NCBI GenBank assembly: GCA_947478395.1
Contig: CANJVR010000002.1
Location: 32,001 to 96,000, forward strand
Direction: 5' to 3'
DNA length: 64,000 nucleotides
DNA from: Opitutia bacterium
GTDB taxonomy: Bacteria > Verrucomicrobiota > Verrucomicrobiia > Opitutales > Opitutaceae
Of the stretch, positions 43,227 through 51,864 are shown piece after piece. Each line of letters starts with the position of its first letter. The stretch's first letter is position 1. Position numbers and translations under genes: made by a program. Under the pieces are notes generated by a model that made no database searches, was not told where the DNA came from, and saw only the letters and a program-made list of their open reading frames with translations.

Positions 43227-44045
43227 GTGCCCTCGTTAAACGAAGCGCTCCAAGAATTCACGGCCGTCATTGTGACGGGCGGATCTTCCGGTATTGGAAA
43301 ATCATTCATCGAACGGTGCGGAGAATGGAATGCGAACCTCACGGTTTGCAACCTCTCTCGACGAACTCCGGACCTGTTTTACGGAAAGCTTAAGCTCCGC
43401 CATTTTCCCTGCGACCTCGCGCAGAGTTCGAGCCTCGCTTCCGTCGTGCAAGAGGTAGAAGCGTTCCTGCAGCGTGAGGCTCCGCAAGGACGCGTGCTGC
43501 TGCTGAACAACAGCGGATTTGGCGCTTACGGATATTTTCCGGAACCGAACGTCGCGCATCTTACCGAGATGGTGGATGTGAATGTCCGCGCGGTGGTCGA
43601 ACTCACTGGCCGTTTGATGCCGCTGCTGAAAGCGCGCGGCGGCGCGATTGTGAACATCGCTTCGACGGCTGCGTTTCAACCCACCGCGTTCATGGCCACC
43701 TACGGCGCGACCAAGGCTTTCGTGCTGCACTGGAGCTTGGCGTTAAATGAAGAGCTGCGGGGCTCGAACGTGCGCGCGCTCGCGGTTTGCCCGGGGCCGA
43801 CCGCGACGGAATTTTTTCGCCGCGCGGGATTGGAAAAAGGCAGCGTGGCCGACGCGCTGAGCATGTCGTGCGAAGCTGTCATCGACGCCACGCTGCGGGC
43901 GCTGGCCGGCAAACGCAGCCTCGTCGTGCCGGGGTGGAAAAACCAAGTGAGTGCGGCCGTGGGCTCGATGGCGCCAAAGCGACTGGCGGCGTGGGTCGCC
44001 GCGAAAGTGCTGGCGCGGTTTCGGCTGAAGAAAGTCGCGCGATGA
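43227..44045 (+). CDS. Short-chain dehydrogenase/reductase
   Basis: TGGSSGIG, NNSGFG, ASTAA, YGATK. Confidence 0.92.
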   Translation: MPSLNEALQEFTAVIVTGGSSGIGKSFIERCGEWNANLTVCNLSRRTPDLFYGKLKLRHFPCDLAQSSSLASVVQEVEAFLQREAPQGRVLLLNNSGFGAYGYFPEPNVAHLTEMVDVNVRAVVELTGRLMPLLKARGGAIVNIASTAAFQPTAFMATYGATKAFVLHWSLALNEELRGSNVRALAVCPGPTATEFFRRAGLEKGSVADALSMSCEAVIDATLRALAGKRSLVVPGWKNQVSAAVGSMAPKRLAAWVAAKVLARFRLKKVAR

Positions 44046-44869
44046 ACGACGCGGGCCCGACGCCGGTGCCGGCACAGGAACCGTTTGATCCGTGGCGAGC
44101 GTGTGCATGGCCCCGGCGAATTCAGACCTCGCGAGTGCGTTTGATCACATTGGAGGAGCTGAAGAGCTGGATCGTATATGAAGACGAACGCCTGCTCGTC
44201 GTGAACAAGCCGGGCGACGTCGTGTGTCATCCCTCGAAAGCCGGACCATGGTCGAGTCTCGTGGGCGCCGCGCGCGAATACACCGGGCTGCCCACGATGC
44301 ATCTCGTGTTTCGGCTCGACCGGGAAACGAGCGGCGTAGTCGTGCTCGCGAAGGACGCCGCGATGGCGAGCCGATTGCAAACCGCGATGATGGACCGGAA
44401 AGCCGGCAAACTGTACCTGGCCGTGCTCGCCGGCGAATTGAGCGCGGCCGTGACCGTGAACCAACCCTTGGGCGACGACACCGCGAGTCCGGTGTTCATC
44501 AAGACGACGGTGGTGGCGGAGGGCGGGCAGGCGGCGGTGACTCATTTCACTCCGGTCGCAGCGTCGCAGGGATTCACCTTCGTCCGCGTCGTTACCGAAA
44601 CAGGGCGGAAACATCAGATCCGCGCGCACGCGCAGTGGCTGGGCCACTCGATCGTGGGGGATAAAATCTACGGACCGGATGCGCGCTGCTATTTGGAGTT
44701 TATCGAGACGGGTTGGACGCCGGCGTTGGCGGAGAAACTCCTGCTCTCGCGGCAGGCGCTGCATTGCGCCGAGATCGATCTGCGGTCGGTCGGAGTGACG
44801 GAGGTATTCCGAGCGCCGCTGGCGGCGGACCTGAGGGAGTTCGGCGCGGCGAGAGGATTGCCGGTGTGA
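44042..44869 (+). CDS. RluA-family RNA pseudouridine synthase
   Basis: VNKPG, RLDRETSG, TGRKHQIRAH, GDKIYG, QALH; ATGA overlap with the SDR gene. Confidence 0.92.
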   Translation: MNDAGPTPVPAQEPFDPWRACAWPRRIQTSRVRLITLEELKSWIVYEDERLLVVNKPGDVVCHPSKAGPWSSLVGAAREYTGLPTMHLVFRLDRETSGVVVLAKDAAMASRLQTAMMDRKAGKLYLAVLAGELSAAVTVNQPLGDDTASPVFIKTTVVAEGGQAAVTHFTPVAASQGFTFVRVVTETGRKHQIRAHAQWLGHSIVGDKIYGPDARCYLEFIETGWTPALAEKLLLSRQALHCAEIDLRSVGVTEVFRAPLAADLREFGAARGLPV

Positions 44870-44887
44870 GAACGGGTTGAAAAATCA

Positions 44888-44965
44888 GGGTGCGTTAACC
44901 TTAACGCGCGGTTCGACACGGCGCCCGTTTTTCTGCACCCGGCGGAATAAGGATAACCCCAGCTC
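44888..44965. repeat. Degenerate REP doublet, family C
   Basis: GGGTGCGTTAACCTTAACGCGCGGTTCG...GGCGGAATAAGGATAACCCC; same orientation as the 46836 copy. Confidence 0.6.
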
Positions 44966-44976
44966 CCCAAATCAGT

Positions 44977-45072
44977 TTAACCGAATTCATAGCGGGCAAC
45001 GACGTAGCGGCAGGCGTCCCTGCGGACCAAAACGATGACGACGAACCTGGCAGGCCGGGACGCCTGCCGCTC
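44977..45072 (+). mobile_element. Repeat family A copy 3 (truncated)
   Basis: TTAACCGAATTCATAGCGGGCAACGAC-GTAGCGGCAGGCGTCCCTGC...GGCAGGCCGGGACGCCTGCCGCT. Confidence 0.75.
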
Positions 45073-45375
45073 CAGTGCCGCCCGATGCGCCGAGACCCGC
45101 TGGGCGAGGGGCAACGCCGAGGGTGTTGCCCGCGTGTCGCCGAGCGTCTTGTGATGCGCGCGGCGATAAATCGCCTCCGCCAGGTCTCCCGCATGAATCC
45201 CGGGAAAAGATAAATGCGAGGACGCGGACCGGGCGTGCGTTTGATCAGCGCGATCAGCGGCACTCCGCAATTTCCGGAAGCGCTCGATCCGAAAACCAGC
45301 GGCGCGACCGGCCGCTTCAAAGCGCCTCACCAGCGCGGTCGGATCGATCAGGGGTGCGGCTTTGACAGCGGCCAC
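45070..45375 (-). pseudogene. Frameshifted, internally deleted remnant of an M14 carboxypeptidase/succinylglutamate desuccinylase-like gene
   Basis: Across frames: ALVRRFEAAGRAAGFRIERF / GNCGVPLIALIKRTPGPRPRIYL / GIHAGD, followed directly by C-terminal-like EAIYRRAHHKTLGDTRATPSALPLAQRVSAH. Confidence 0.6.
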
Positions 45376-45434
45376 GCGTGGCTACTTGCTGTTCGTTTTC
45401 AACGATCACAAGCCACCGTCTTTTGTTGTCCACC

Positions 45435-46805
45435 ATGTCCCCCGTTCGCGTTCGTTTTGCCCCGAGTCCCACCGGTTTCTTTCACATCGGCAGCGCGCGC
45501 ACGGCGCTTTTCAACTGGCTCTATGCCCGGCACACGGGCGGCACGTTTATCCTGCGCATCGAGGACACGGATAAGGAGCGCAACAGTGAGGAGTTCCTCA
45601 ACGTCATCTACGACTCGCTGAACTGGCTCGGTATGAATTGGGACGAAGGTCCGAACGTCGGCGGCGCATTCGGCCCGTACCGTCAAAGCGAGCGCGCGGC
45701 GGTTTACCGCGAATACCTCGCGAAACTCACCGCGGCCGGCCGCACTTACGAAAAGGACGGCGCGATTTATTTCAAACTGCTCGGCGAGCGCCACGAGGTC
45801 TTCGACGAGCACCGCAAAAAAACCGTCACCAAGGTGAAAGTGCCGCCGAGCGTGATCGAGGACCAGATCCGCGGCCGCGTCGAACGCGTCGAAGACGAGG
45901 ATTTCGTGATTTTCCGCTCCGACGGAAATCCCGTTTTTCATTTCGTGAACGTGGTCGACGACATCGCGATGCAGATCACGCACGTGATCCGCGGCGAGGA
46001 CCACCTCTCGAACACGAGCAAGCACGTCGAGTTGTTCAAGGCCTTCGGTGCGCCGATGCCGGCGTTTGCGCATATCCCGCTCATCCTGAAACAGAATGGC
46101 CCGGGCAAGATGTCGAAACGCGACCAGGGCGCCTTGATTGAGGAATATCAACGGCGCGGTTTTCTCCCGGAGGCATTGGTCAATTTCCTCTGCCTGCTCG
46201 GCTGGAATCCCGGCGACGACCGCGAGAAAATGCCGATCGCCGAAGTCATCCGCCTCTTCGATTTGCCCGGCGTGAACCAGAGCAACGCGCGTTTCGACGA
46301 AAAGAAACTCGCGCACATGAACATGGTTTACCTGCTGGAATTGCCGGCCGACCGGTTTGTGCAGCTCGCAAAAAACTATTTCGGAAAACACGCGGCGGGT
46401 CCGGCGGCGCTGGCGGATGAGACGCTCTTCCGCGAGGTCATGCTGCTCGCCCAGCCGAAAATCAAAGGCTTCGAGGAGCTGCCGGCGTACACCGGTTATT
46501 TTTTCGCGGACGATTTTCCGATCGATGCGAAGGTGAAGGAAAAAGTGATGGCGAAGGGCGATCCCAAGGCGCGGCTCGCGGAGTTGATCGCGGCGTTGCC
46601 GGCGATGGATCTTTCGAGCGACCCGGCGATCGAGGAAGCGATCAAACAACTGGCCGCCGACAAAGGTCTCGGCTTCGGCGATTATCAGGCCGTGGCCCGA
46701 CTGGCCGTCTCAGGCACCAACGCCGGCCCGAGCATCACCAGCATGTTTCGTGTGCTTGGACGCGAGCGGGTGCTCCGTCGGCTCGAGCAGTTGCGGGCGG
46801 GTTGA
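45435..46805 (+). CDS. gltX: Glutamate--tRNA ligase
   Basis: [35 protein letters not shown]. Confidence 0.95.
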   Translation: MSPVRVRFAPSPTGFFHIGSARTALFNWLYARHTGGTFILRIEDTDKERNSEEFLNVIYDSLNWLGMNWDEGPNVGGAFGPYRQSERAAVYREYLAKLTAAGRTYEKDGAIYFKLLGERHEVFDEHRKKTVTKVKVPPSVIEDQIRGRVERVEDEDFVIFRSDGNPVFHFVNVVDDIAMQITHVIRGEDHLSNTSKHVELFKAFGAPMPAFAHIPLILKQNGPGKMSKRDQGALIEEYQRRGFLPEALVNFLCLLGWNPGDDREKMPIAEVIRLFDLPGVNQSNARFDEKKLAHMNMVYLLELPADRFVQLAKNYFGKHAAGPAALADETLFREVMLLAQPKIKGFEELPAYTGYFFADDFPIDAKVKEKVMAKGDPKARLAELIAALPAMDLSSDPAIEEAIKQLAADKGLGFGDYQAVARLAVSGTNAGPSITSMFRVLGRERVLRRLEQLRAG

Positions 46806-46835
46806 TCGCCGGTTCCGGAGCGGCGTCTGAAAGGG

Positions 46836-46924
46836 GTAGGGCGCGTTCTCCTTAACGCGCCGGTTCGCCGCCGCCCATCCTGCGAGCCGAGTCCCAGCGG
46901 CGGGGGAGGGATAATCCGCCCTAC
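46836..46924. repeat. GTAG REP doublet, family C (reverse orientation of the 40250 copy)
   Basis: GTAG-GGCGCGTT-CTCCTT-AACGCGCC...GGGATAATCCGCC-CTAC. Confidence 0.8.
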
Positions 46925-46953
46925 CTTCGTCCCGAGGCTTGGTGCACGTCGTC

Positions 46954-47077
46954 TAGGGCGGTCTAACCAAAAGCGCGGCCGCTAACCACGTAGCGGCAGG
47001 CGTCCCTGCCTGCCGAAACAAGGAGGCCGAACCCGGCAGGCAGGGACGCCTGCCGCTACACAAAACGGCCAGCTCTA
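46954..47077 (+). mobile_element. Repeat family A copy 4
   Basis: TAGGGCGGTCTAACC left end; perfect 26-bp arms at 46990-47015 and 47034-47059; GCTCTA right end. Confidence 0.85.
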
Positions 47078-47084
47078 ACGTGAC

Positions 47085-48059
47085 TCAGTCCCGCCAGCGC
47101 GTCTGCGCTCGGGGACGGCGCCGCGGACCTCGCCCATCGTTTTCCCATGCGGCGATGGTGGCATTGAGATGATCGAGCTGACGTTGCAGAAAACGAATGT
47201 CGTGGAGGAAATTGGCTTCCGTGCGCTCCTGGAGTGCAGCCCGCTGCTTTTCTTTTTTCGTAAAACGCCACGCCGGCGAGTCGCGATAGCTGGAGAGTTT
47301 TCGCTCGGTGTCGCGACGGGCGCCATGCAGTTCGACGATCGCTTGGCGGAGACGACTGAGCGCTGACGAAGGGCCGAGGATCTCGTGCGCTTCTTCCCAA
47401 TTCACTTCGAGGCGCGCGAGCCAATCCGTATCTGCGGCCGCCCAGGCTTGCTGGACCTCGTGCCAGAGGCGTTGGCGCGCGGCGGTCCATTCTCCGCCGC
47501 GGTCGGGATGGAGGCGCTGGACCAGCCGACGATAAATCGCGCGGGCATCCGATGACGGCGTTGGACCGCGTTCGACGGGGAAATCGTCGTCGCGGGCTTC
47601 GTGGCGATACTGGCCGGATGACGTTTCTACGTCGGGGTCATCGGGGCGAAACGAGGCGTCGTCGTCGTTTCGCTCCGACGTTTCGGGCTGGGCCTCGCGC
47701 GCTTTCTGTTCGCGCCAGAGTCGCTTCAACGAACCGCCTGAGTAAGCCGACATGGCTTGCACCAGTTGGACCTGGTGGGCCTTGGTCGTTACTTCGGCGT
47801 GAAGCTCGCGGAGCAGGGTAACGAGCCGGGGAAACAGGCGGTGAAGCCACGAATCGTACGCGGGGACGTCGATTTCCTCGTGGCGCTGCAAATCGCGCGC
47901 GGCTTTTTCGAGGCGCTTGCGCGCGGTGTGGAGTTCGGCCCAGGCCGCCGCCTGCAGCCTCCGCTGGTCGATCACAATCAGCACCCCGACTCGCGCCGGC
48001 TCCCGCCGGTTCACGGCGAGTGACGGAGAACGCTCGGGAGAGGATTTCGACTTGAGCAT
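47085..48059 (-). CDS. Coiled-coil protein with an internal J-domain-like segment
   Basis: ARAIYRRLVQRLHPDRGG...LWHEVQQAW (HPD motif) between long helical regions; start uncertain. Confidence 0.7.
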   Translation of the reverse strand: MLKSKSSPERSPSLAVNRREPARVGVLIVIDQRRLQAAAWAELHTARKRLEKAARDLQRHEEIDVPAYDSWLHRLFPRLVTLLRELHAEVTTKAHQVQLVQAMSAYSGGSLKRLWREQKAREAQPETSERNDDDASFRPDDPDVETSSGQYRHEARDDDFPVERGPTPSSDARAIYRRLVQRLHPDRGGEWTAARQRLWHEVQQAWAAADTDWLARLEVNWEEAHEILGPSSALSRLRQAIVELHGARRDTERKLSSYRDSPAWRFTKKEKQRAALQERTEANFLHDIRFLQRQLDHLNATIAAWENDGRGPRRRPRAQTRWRD

Positions 48060-48327
48060 GTGGACCGTTGAAGAAATCGCGGACGCCGTGGAACGCCACT
48101 GACAACGAGCGGAAATTTTCGCCGGTGCGAATCGCGAGAATTGGTATGCGAGAAACCCGAGGGAAAGTGACGGAGGCTTTGGGCGATTGGAAAGGATCCG
48201 ACTTAAGCCGGAACGATACCGTTGAGCCGCGCAGTAACGCGAATAACCAGAGGTTTCGTACTGCATGAATCCGGTTACGTGCAGCGAGTCTCGCATTCTT
48301 GTCGGAAAATGGGTCAGTTTATTGCGC

Positions 48328-48816
48328 ATGACTGCCCCTTCAAATTCTCCCCGCTATGGAGCGCTCGCCTGGTTTCTTATCGCCACCTTCGCCGCTGCGG
48401 CGGTGGGCACCGTCGCGACGTTCCGTGGCGTGACCACGTGGTATCCCTTGCTCGCGAAGCCAGCCTGGACGCCGCCGAGCGCGCTCTTCGGTCCGGTGTG
48501 GACTGCCTTGTACATCGCAATGGCCGTGGCGGCTTGGCGCGTGTGGCGAATTCGGACCGGGGCTAAGGCGACTGCGGCGGTGAGTACCTATGGATGTCAG
48601 CTGCTGCTCAATGCCCTGTGGTCCGTTTTATTTTTTGGGCTTCGGCGTCCGGATTTTGCCCTGATCGACATCGTGGCGTTGTGGGCGATCCTCGCGATTT
48701 TGCTCGTGCGCTATTGGCGCGCTGATCGTTGGGCGGGCGCGCTTTGGACGCCGTATTTTTTATGGGTCAGCTTTGCCTCCGCGCTCAACGGCTCGATCTG
48801 GGACCTGAATCGGTAA
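48328..48816 (+). CDS. tspO: TspO/MBR tryptophan-rich sensory protein
   Basis: WYPLLAKPAWTPPSALFGPVWTALY, QLLLNALWSVLFFG, PYFLWVSFASALN. Confidence 0.95.
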   Translation: MTAPSNSPRYGALAWFLIATFAAAAVGTVATFRGVTTWYPLLAKPAWTPPSALFGPVWTALYIAMAVAAWRVWRIRTGAKATAAVSTYGCQLLLNALWSVLFFGLRRPDFALIDIVALWAILAILLVRYWRADRWAGALWTPYFLWVSFASALNGSIWDLNR

Positions 48817-48840
48817 GCGAAACGGGGGGTCGGAGCTTAG

Positions 48841-49107
48841 TCGGATTTAAGCGCGAAGACGCCAAGGCGCGAAGGTCGGAGCGAAGCAAGCCCGGGACTA
48901 GAGCGGTTTAAGTTTTTCCGTGGTTGTGTGTAGCGGCAGGCGTCCCTGCCTGCCGGGTTTGGCGTTCACCCATCGGCAGGCAGGGACGCCTGCCGCTACG
49001 TCGTTAGCCGTTACGCTTTGGGTTTAAACCGCTCTAAACTGCCTTGCCCGATCCGAACTCCGTCTTCGCGCAATCTTCGCAGCCTTTGCACCTTCGCGCT
49101 TAATTCG
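48841..49107. repeat. Repeat family B copy carrying an inserted family A element
   Basis: TCGGATTTAAGCGCGAAGACGCCAAG...CTTTGCACCTTCGCGCTTAATTCGA. Confidence 0.75.
48899..49036 (-). mobile_element. Repeat family A copy 5, most intact (138 bp, MITE-like)
   Basis: Perfect 13-bp TIR TAGAGCGGTTTAA/TTAAACCGCTCTA enclosing perfect inverted REP arms at 48930-48955 and 48974-48999. Confidence 0.88.
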
Positions 49108-49135
49108 AATTCCGCCCAGCCGAAGCGACGTTCTC

Positions 49136-50539
49136 CTATTTCCCGGGGTGCAGATGCTTGGTCATGAAGGGCAGGGCGACGTCGTAATTCAGCGCGGCGT
49201 GCCCGCCATTGTTCAGGTAGAACGCGAGGTCTTCTCCGACGAGTTCGGATGTGACGGGCTCCTGCTGCACGGTGCGGTCAACACCCTTCTTGCCCAGCAA
49301 CCGATACGCTGGCGTGGCGGCGATGGCGGCGAGATATTCGCCCTTCGGGTCGGACCACTGGTCGCCGTTCGCGGCGGCGTGCAACAATAGCGGGCGCGGC
49401 GCCATGGCGGCGACGAGCAGGTGGGTGTCCATCGGCATCTCCTCCGGATGCGCCGCGTACTTTTGGTAGTTCGCGGCAAACTGATACGGATAACGCGTCG
49501 GGGCGACGAGGTGCGCGATCGTCTCACCGTAGTTGCGCCGGGCGAGCGCCGCACCGCCTTCACCGCTACTGCAGGCAATGACCATGGCGATGCGCGGATC
49601 GTTTACGCCGGCCCACAAAACAGTTTTCCCCAGACGTGAGCCGCCGGTGATCGCGACGCGCGTGGCGTCGACGTCGTGGTCGGTTTCGAAGTAATCCATG
49701 ACCCGGCTGAGGCCCCAGGCCCACGCGGCGATCGCGCCCCATTCGTCGGCCGCCGGAGCGGTCTGCCCGGGTGCGAGCGCGAGTTTGCGGGCAATGTTGA
49801 CGTTGGGATTCAACGCTGCGCCCTCGATGTCGGTTTCGATGTCGCCCTTGGAAAGCGAGGCGTAGCCGAATCCCGCTTCAATCATGCGAGCGATGGGCGG
49901 TCCCGCGGGGGCGCCGCGACCCGCTCGTGCGGCGGCAGCCGGAGCGGCCGCTCCGGCTGCAACAGTTGCCGCTGCTGCCGCGGGAGCCACGGCCGTGTTC
50001 GCTGGCGGAGTTGCCGCCGCGGCGGGCGCGGGTGCCGCGTTGGCGGCAGGAGCGGCGCCAGCCGCCGGAGGGCGAGCGCCAAATTGGAATCCGACGAGTA
50101 CGGGCACCGGCTTGGTGGCGTGAGCGGGCGTGTAAAGGGTGACGTTGATCGCCGGTCCATCCGGCCCGCCCATGTGGCCGACGAGTTGTTTCAAAACGGC
50201 GGCGCCGCCGAGAGCGGTCCGGTCGACGCTGGTGACCATCCATGTCACTTTCGGCGCGGTGGCGGGAATGCGGCCGTAGACCTGCGTCTCGTAGAATTTG
50301 ACGATTTCCGGACGGCGCAGCTTAGCCCAGGCGGCGGCGTCTTTGACCGGCTGACCGTTGAGGAGCGTCAGCGTATCAGGGAGAGTGTACGGCGCGACAT
50401 TGGCCTCGGTGTTGTTGACGGGAATGTTGGCGACCGCTCGAGGGCTGGGCACATCGGCCACCTGGCCGTGAGTGGAGGTGATACCCAGTATCGCGGAAAG
50501 CAGAGCGAAGGGAATCGAGACAGCGAAAACGTTTTTCAT
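49136..50539 (-). CDS. Secreted CE15 (glucuronoyl esterase)-like hydrolase
   Basis: YTLPD, WGAIAAWAWGLSRVMDY, TGGSRLGK, SGEGGAAL, DTHLLVAAMAPRP, DQWSDPKG. Confidence 0.82.
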   Translation of the reverse strand: MKNVFAVSIPFALLSAILGITSTHGQVADVPSPRAVANIPVNNTEANVAPYTLPDTLTLLNGQPVKDAAAWAKLRRPEIVKFYETQVYGRIPATAPKVTWMVTSVDRTALGGAAVLKQLVGHMGGPDGPAINVTLYTPAHATKPVPVLVGFQFGARPPAAGAAPAANAAPAPAAAATPPANTAVAPAAAAATVAAGAAAPAAAARAGRGAPAGPPIARMIEAGFGYASLSKGDIETDIEGAALNPNVNIARKLALAPGQTAPAADEWGAIAAWAWGLSRVMDYFETDHDVDATRVAITGGSRLGKTVLWAGVNDPRIAMVIACSSGEGGAALARRNYGETIAHLVAPTRYPYQFAANYQKYAAHPEEMPMDTHLLVAAMAPRPLLLHAAANGDQWSDPKGEYLAAIAATPAYRLLGKKGVDRTVQQEPVTSELVGEDLAFYLNNGGHAALNYDVALPFMTKHLHPGK

Positions 50540-50601
50540 GGGGAGTGGGTGCGGAAAGGCTGTCCTATTGAGGCGAGCGTGCGCAATCCACGAATCGCTG
50601 A

Positions 50602-50627
50602 TCGGACTTAAGCGTGAAGATGCAAAG
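50602..50627. repeat. Repeat family B, left arm
   Basis: TCGGACTTAAGCGTGAAGATGCAAAG matches the left arms at 48841 and 59618. Confidence 0.7.
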
Positions 50628-50714
50628 TGAAGCGAACGCGTCAGCGACGAAATCGAACACGCTCCGATAAAAATGACTGCATGTTCTCTTGCGGGGTCGC
50701 TTGATTCGATTGCG

Positions 50715-51338
50715 TCACGGTAGCCGATCCGACGGCACGATTATAAATCCTCCGGCGGGGTCGCCGTAGCCATGGAATCGATCGCGAAAAAAGGCGTCGG
50801 CTGCGATTGCGCATAGCGCAGCGTCCACTTCATCGATGCTGGTAAGCAAAGCTGGATCGAGGCCCCATCGGCGGAGTAGGCCGCGGCGCACCAAATTTTT
50901 TTCTTTCGCAGAGACCACTTCACCCGCCAGGGCACAAGCGACAGCTTGGGGAAACGTCTCGAAGCAGACTTGTGACGTTCGGGGAGTGCCATCGTAAACC
51001 GGATGGGTCGGGCGAAGCGCGGCGTAGAGTTTCATGCCCGCCAACATCCAAGTATAGAACGGGTGCTCCGCGGCTTTCTCCTCGGTTGGCGTCGAAAAGC
51101 TGGAAATTCCTGCGCCGGCCATTTGACGCTCTGCGGTGCGGGAGGGTCCCCGCGGCTGGCGCCACCGGCAAGGGGCATCGATCGCGACGACGTCGGCCCC
51201 GCGCGATTGAACCCAAGCCGCAACCTCGTCCGCGCTTCGGCTCCTCAATTTTGAGGTAATCGTCCGATCCTGCAGTGCGACGGCATGAAACCCTTTCGCT
51301 GGCCCGCCGACATCAACCCCGATCAGGATCTTGCCCAT
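50715..51338 (-). CDS. DUF429 family protein (predicted RNase H-fold nuclease)
   Basis: IGVDVGG, VAIDAP, R.AER, FETFP, DEVDAALCA, GFIIVP. Confidence 0.8.
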   Translation of the reverse strand: MGKILIGVDVGGPAKGFHAVALQDRTITSKLRSRSADEVAAWVQSRGADVVAIDAPCRWRQPRGPSRTAERQMAGAGISSFSTPTEEKAAEHPFYTWMLAGMKLYAALRPTHPVYDGTPRTSQVCFETFPQAVACALAGEVVSAKEKNLVRRGLLRRWGLDPALLTSIDEVDAALCAIAADAFFRDRFHGYGDPAGGFIIVPSDRLP

Positions 51339-51356
51339 GTTAGGAGACGATGCGAC

Positions 51357-51627
51357 GGAGTCAGGTAGCCCATTTCCCACTCGTGATTGGCGACGGGGGG
51401 AATGACGACAGAAATTTCCCCGCTCTCTTCGAAGTCGGCCCGAAAGGTCAGCAACGTTAAACGTTCAGCGTTCGCTCGAACTTCTGAATTCGTCCCGTGG
51501 GCCAGCTCGCTCGCGAGCGCTCCCGACGATCGACGCCGACGGACGCGTTCCTGAAATCCTCCCACTCAAGATTCAACCCACGATCCCTTCTGGATCGCCC
51601 GGTGGGGGAAATGGGCAACCTGACCCC
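51357..51627. mobile_element. 271-bp element bounded by 22-bp GGGGTCAG-type inverted repeats
   Basis: GGAGTCAGGTAGCCCATTTCCC (51357-51378) vs GGGAAATGGGCAACCTGACCCC (51606-51627), 20/22 complementary. Confidence 0.6.
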
Positions 51628-51667
51628 TTCTGAATCGCTCACCATGACCCCGTCTGGGCTTTCCCAG

Positions 51668-51784
51668 GCCGTTTGGTGTAGCGGCAGGCGTCTCTGCCTG
51701 CCGGGTTCGGCGTTCGCACAGCGGCAGGCAGGGACGCCTGCCGCTACGTCGCCTGCCGCTACGCTTTGGGTCTAAGCCACTCTG
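51668..51784 (-). mobile_element. Repeat family A copy 6
   Basis: GTAGCGGCAGGCGTCTCTGCCTGCCG at 51678, inverted arm ending 51747, then ACGCTTTGGGTCTAAGCCACTCT (degenerate TIR). Confidence 0.82.
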
Positions 51785-51810
51785 AACCGCGTGGCTGGAT
51801 TCGATTCCGG

Positions 51811-51856
51811 CTTCGCGCGACCTTTGCCCGGCTTCGCGTCTTTGCGCTTAAGCTGA
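51811..51856. repeat. Repeat family B, right arm
   Basis: CTTCGCGCGACCTTTGCCCGGCTTCGCGTCTTTGCGCTTAAGCTGA. Confidence 0.72.
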
Positions 51857-51864
51857 ACTCTGCG

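Noticed and set aside
51379..51605. RAYT/transposase coding remnant inside the 271-bp element
   Set aside because: Only a vague resemblance (LASELAHGTNSEVR) and no HUH or DDE motif; unsupported without a search.
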